A stretch of DNA of 64,000 nt from Mobula hypostoma (taxonomy: Eukaryota), in NCBI RefSeq assembly GCF_963921235.1, contig NC_086108.1:97342001-97406000 (forward strand), read 5' to 3'. Below, in pieces: positions 62,953 through 64,000 of this stretch (its first letter is position 1; each line of letters starts with the position of its first letter). The translations under genes were made by a program, and so were the position numbers. The notes under the pieces are model-generated. The model made no database searches. It was given only the letters and a program-made list of their open reading frames with translations, and was not told where the DNA came from.

Positions 62953-63699
62953 TCAGATTTGGAGGACAGATGTAAGTGTGTACTTGGCCTCACATGACAA
63001 CAGAGCATATACCTGTAGAAATGAGGAGAAAAAGTTGGACAAGCTAGGTGAGATGATGAGGCAGGTGCAACAGCTGAGCGTGAAGGTCTTGGCCAGTGAA
63101 GATTATGACATGATGGCAAATGGAAGAACACTACCTCACAATTCCTCTTTTACACTATTTTTTTTGTACAGTAACTTATAGTAACATCTTGTGTCCTACA
63201 CCGTGGTGGTTGTCCATCATGGTCGACAATGACAAGAAACCTGTGTGGGAGAGTTTTTAAAGTGGAAAGGGCATTGCATTGGGGCAGTTCCACTCTGTCA
63301 GCCACAGAAGCCCAGGCCCAGTGGTACGAACAAGTGTCTCATACCGGGGTCTTCCTTGGTTGCAGCAGATGTCCATAACATCTTCCATAGACTGTTGCAG
63401 TACTAGCTTCCTGGCCTTGGGATCTCACAGTAGATCTCCTCTGCCCAGTCCACCAGAGCTGACTTTGCGTGCGAGGACAGGCATGTCCCTGTCTCTCTGG
63501 GGTATGAGGCTGCCAGCTACCCTCACCTGGTTTAGGGAATTGTTAGATTGATCTTACAGTAGGTTAAAAGGTCTGTACTGGGCTGCAGTGTTCTATGTTT
63601 TATGCACCAGTGACATCCAAAGCACCCGATTTGATGAATGAGAAGAGGGCAGTGCACTTGCATTCCTCCTGTGGATAGGGCTCATTTAAATTTTCCAAC

Positions 63700-63940
63700 C
63701 TTTAGCCAGAGGGTGGTGAATCTGTGGAATTCATTGCCACAGGTGGCTGTGAGGCCAAGTCATTGGGTATTTATATTTAAAGCCGAGGTTGACAGGTTCT
63801 TGAATAGTAGGGGCTTCAAAGATCATGGGGAGAAGGCAGAAGAATGGAGTTGAGAGGGATAACAAATCAGCTATGATGTCATGGTGGAGCAGACTTGATG
63901 GGCTGAATGGCCTGACTCTGCCACAGTGTGTTATGGACCT
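63700..63940 (+). mobile_element. CR1 3' end
   Basis: FSQRVVNLWNSLPQ; GGGCTGAATGGCCT terminus. Confidence 0.85.
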
Positions 63941-64000
63941 TCACATGAAGCAGGCAGCCACTGCAGCTGGGAATTCTAGCATTACCTCAGCTCCATGCCA

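Overview
Eukaryotic vertebrate DNA with no confidently recognisable host gene, so probably intronic or intergenic. The repeat content (CR1/HER1-type LINEs, HE1/V-SINE-like SINEs, Rex1/Babar, Penelope-like elements) suggests a cartilaginous fish, probably a ray; this is inference. Most of the window is decayed, nested transposons: CR1, Rex1/Babar, L1/Tx1, Penelope-like elements (PLE: RT plus GIY-YIG), solo LTRs, a Gypsy remnant, two internally deleted Tigger/pogo elements and two Tc1 MITE-like elements. Nearly all track ORFs are TE fragments or antisense noise. The most notable structure is the PLE system. Its terminal repeats carry minimal type I hammerhead ribozyme motifs. It inserts as fold-back (inverted-arm) structures from about 160 bp to about 1.9 kb, usually with 12-17 bp target-site duplications (TSDs). 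One copy has a 31-bp tandem array at its inversion junction, and PLE ends border an inverted duplication of apparently unique DNA. Other items are a long palindrome inside the Tigger elements, CR1 copies with twin-priming-like inversions, a candidate 20-nt microexon and TE-free AT-rich islands. Boundaries not anchored by a TSD or TIR are approximate, and all family assignments are by eye.
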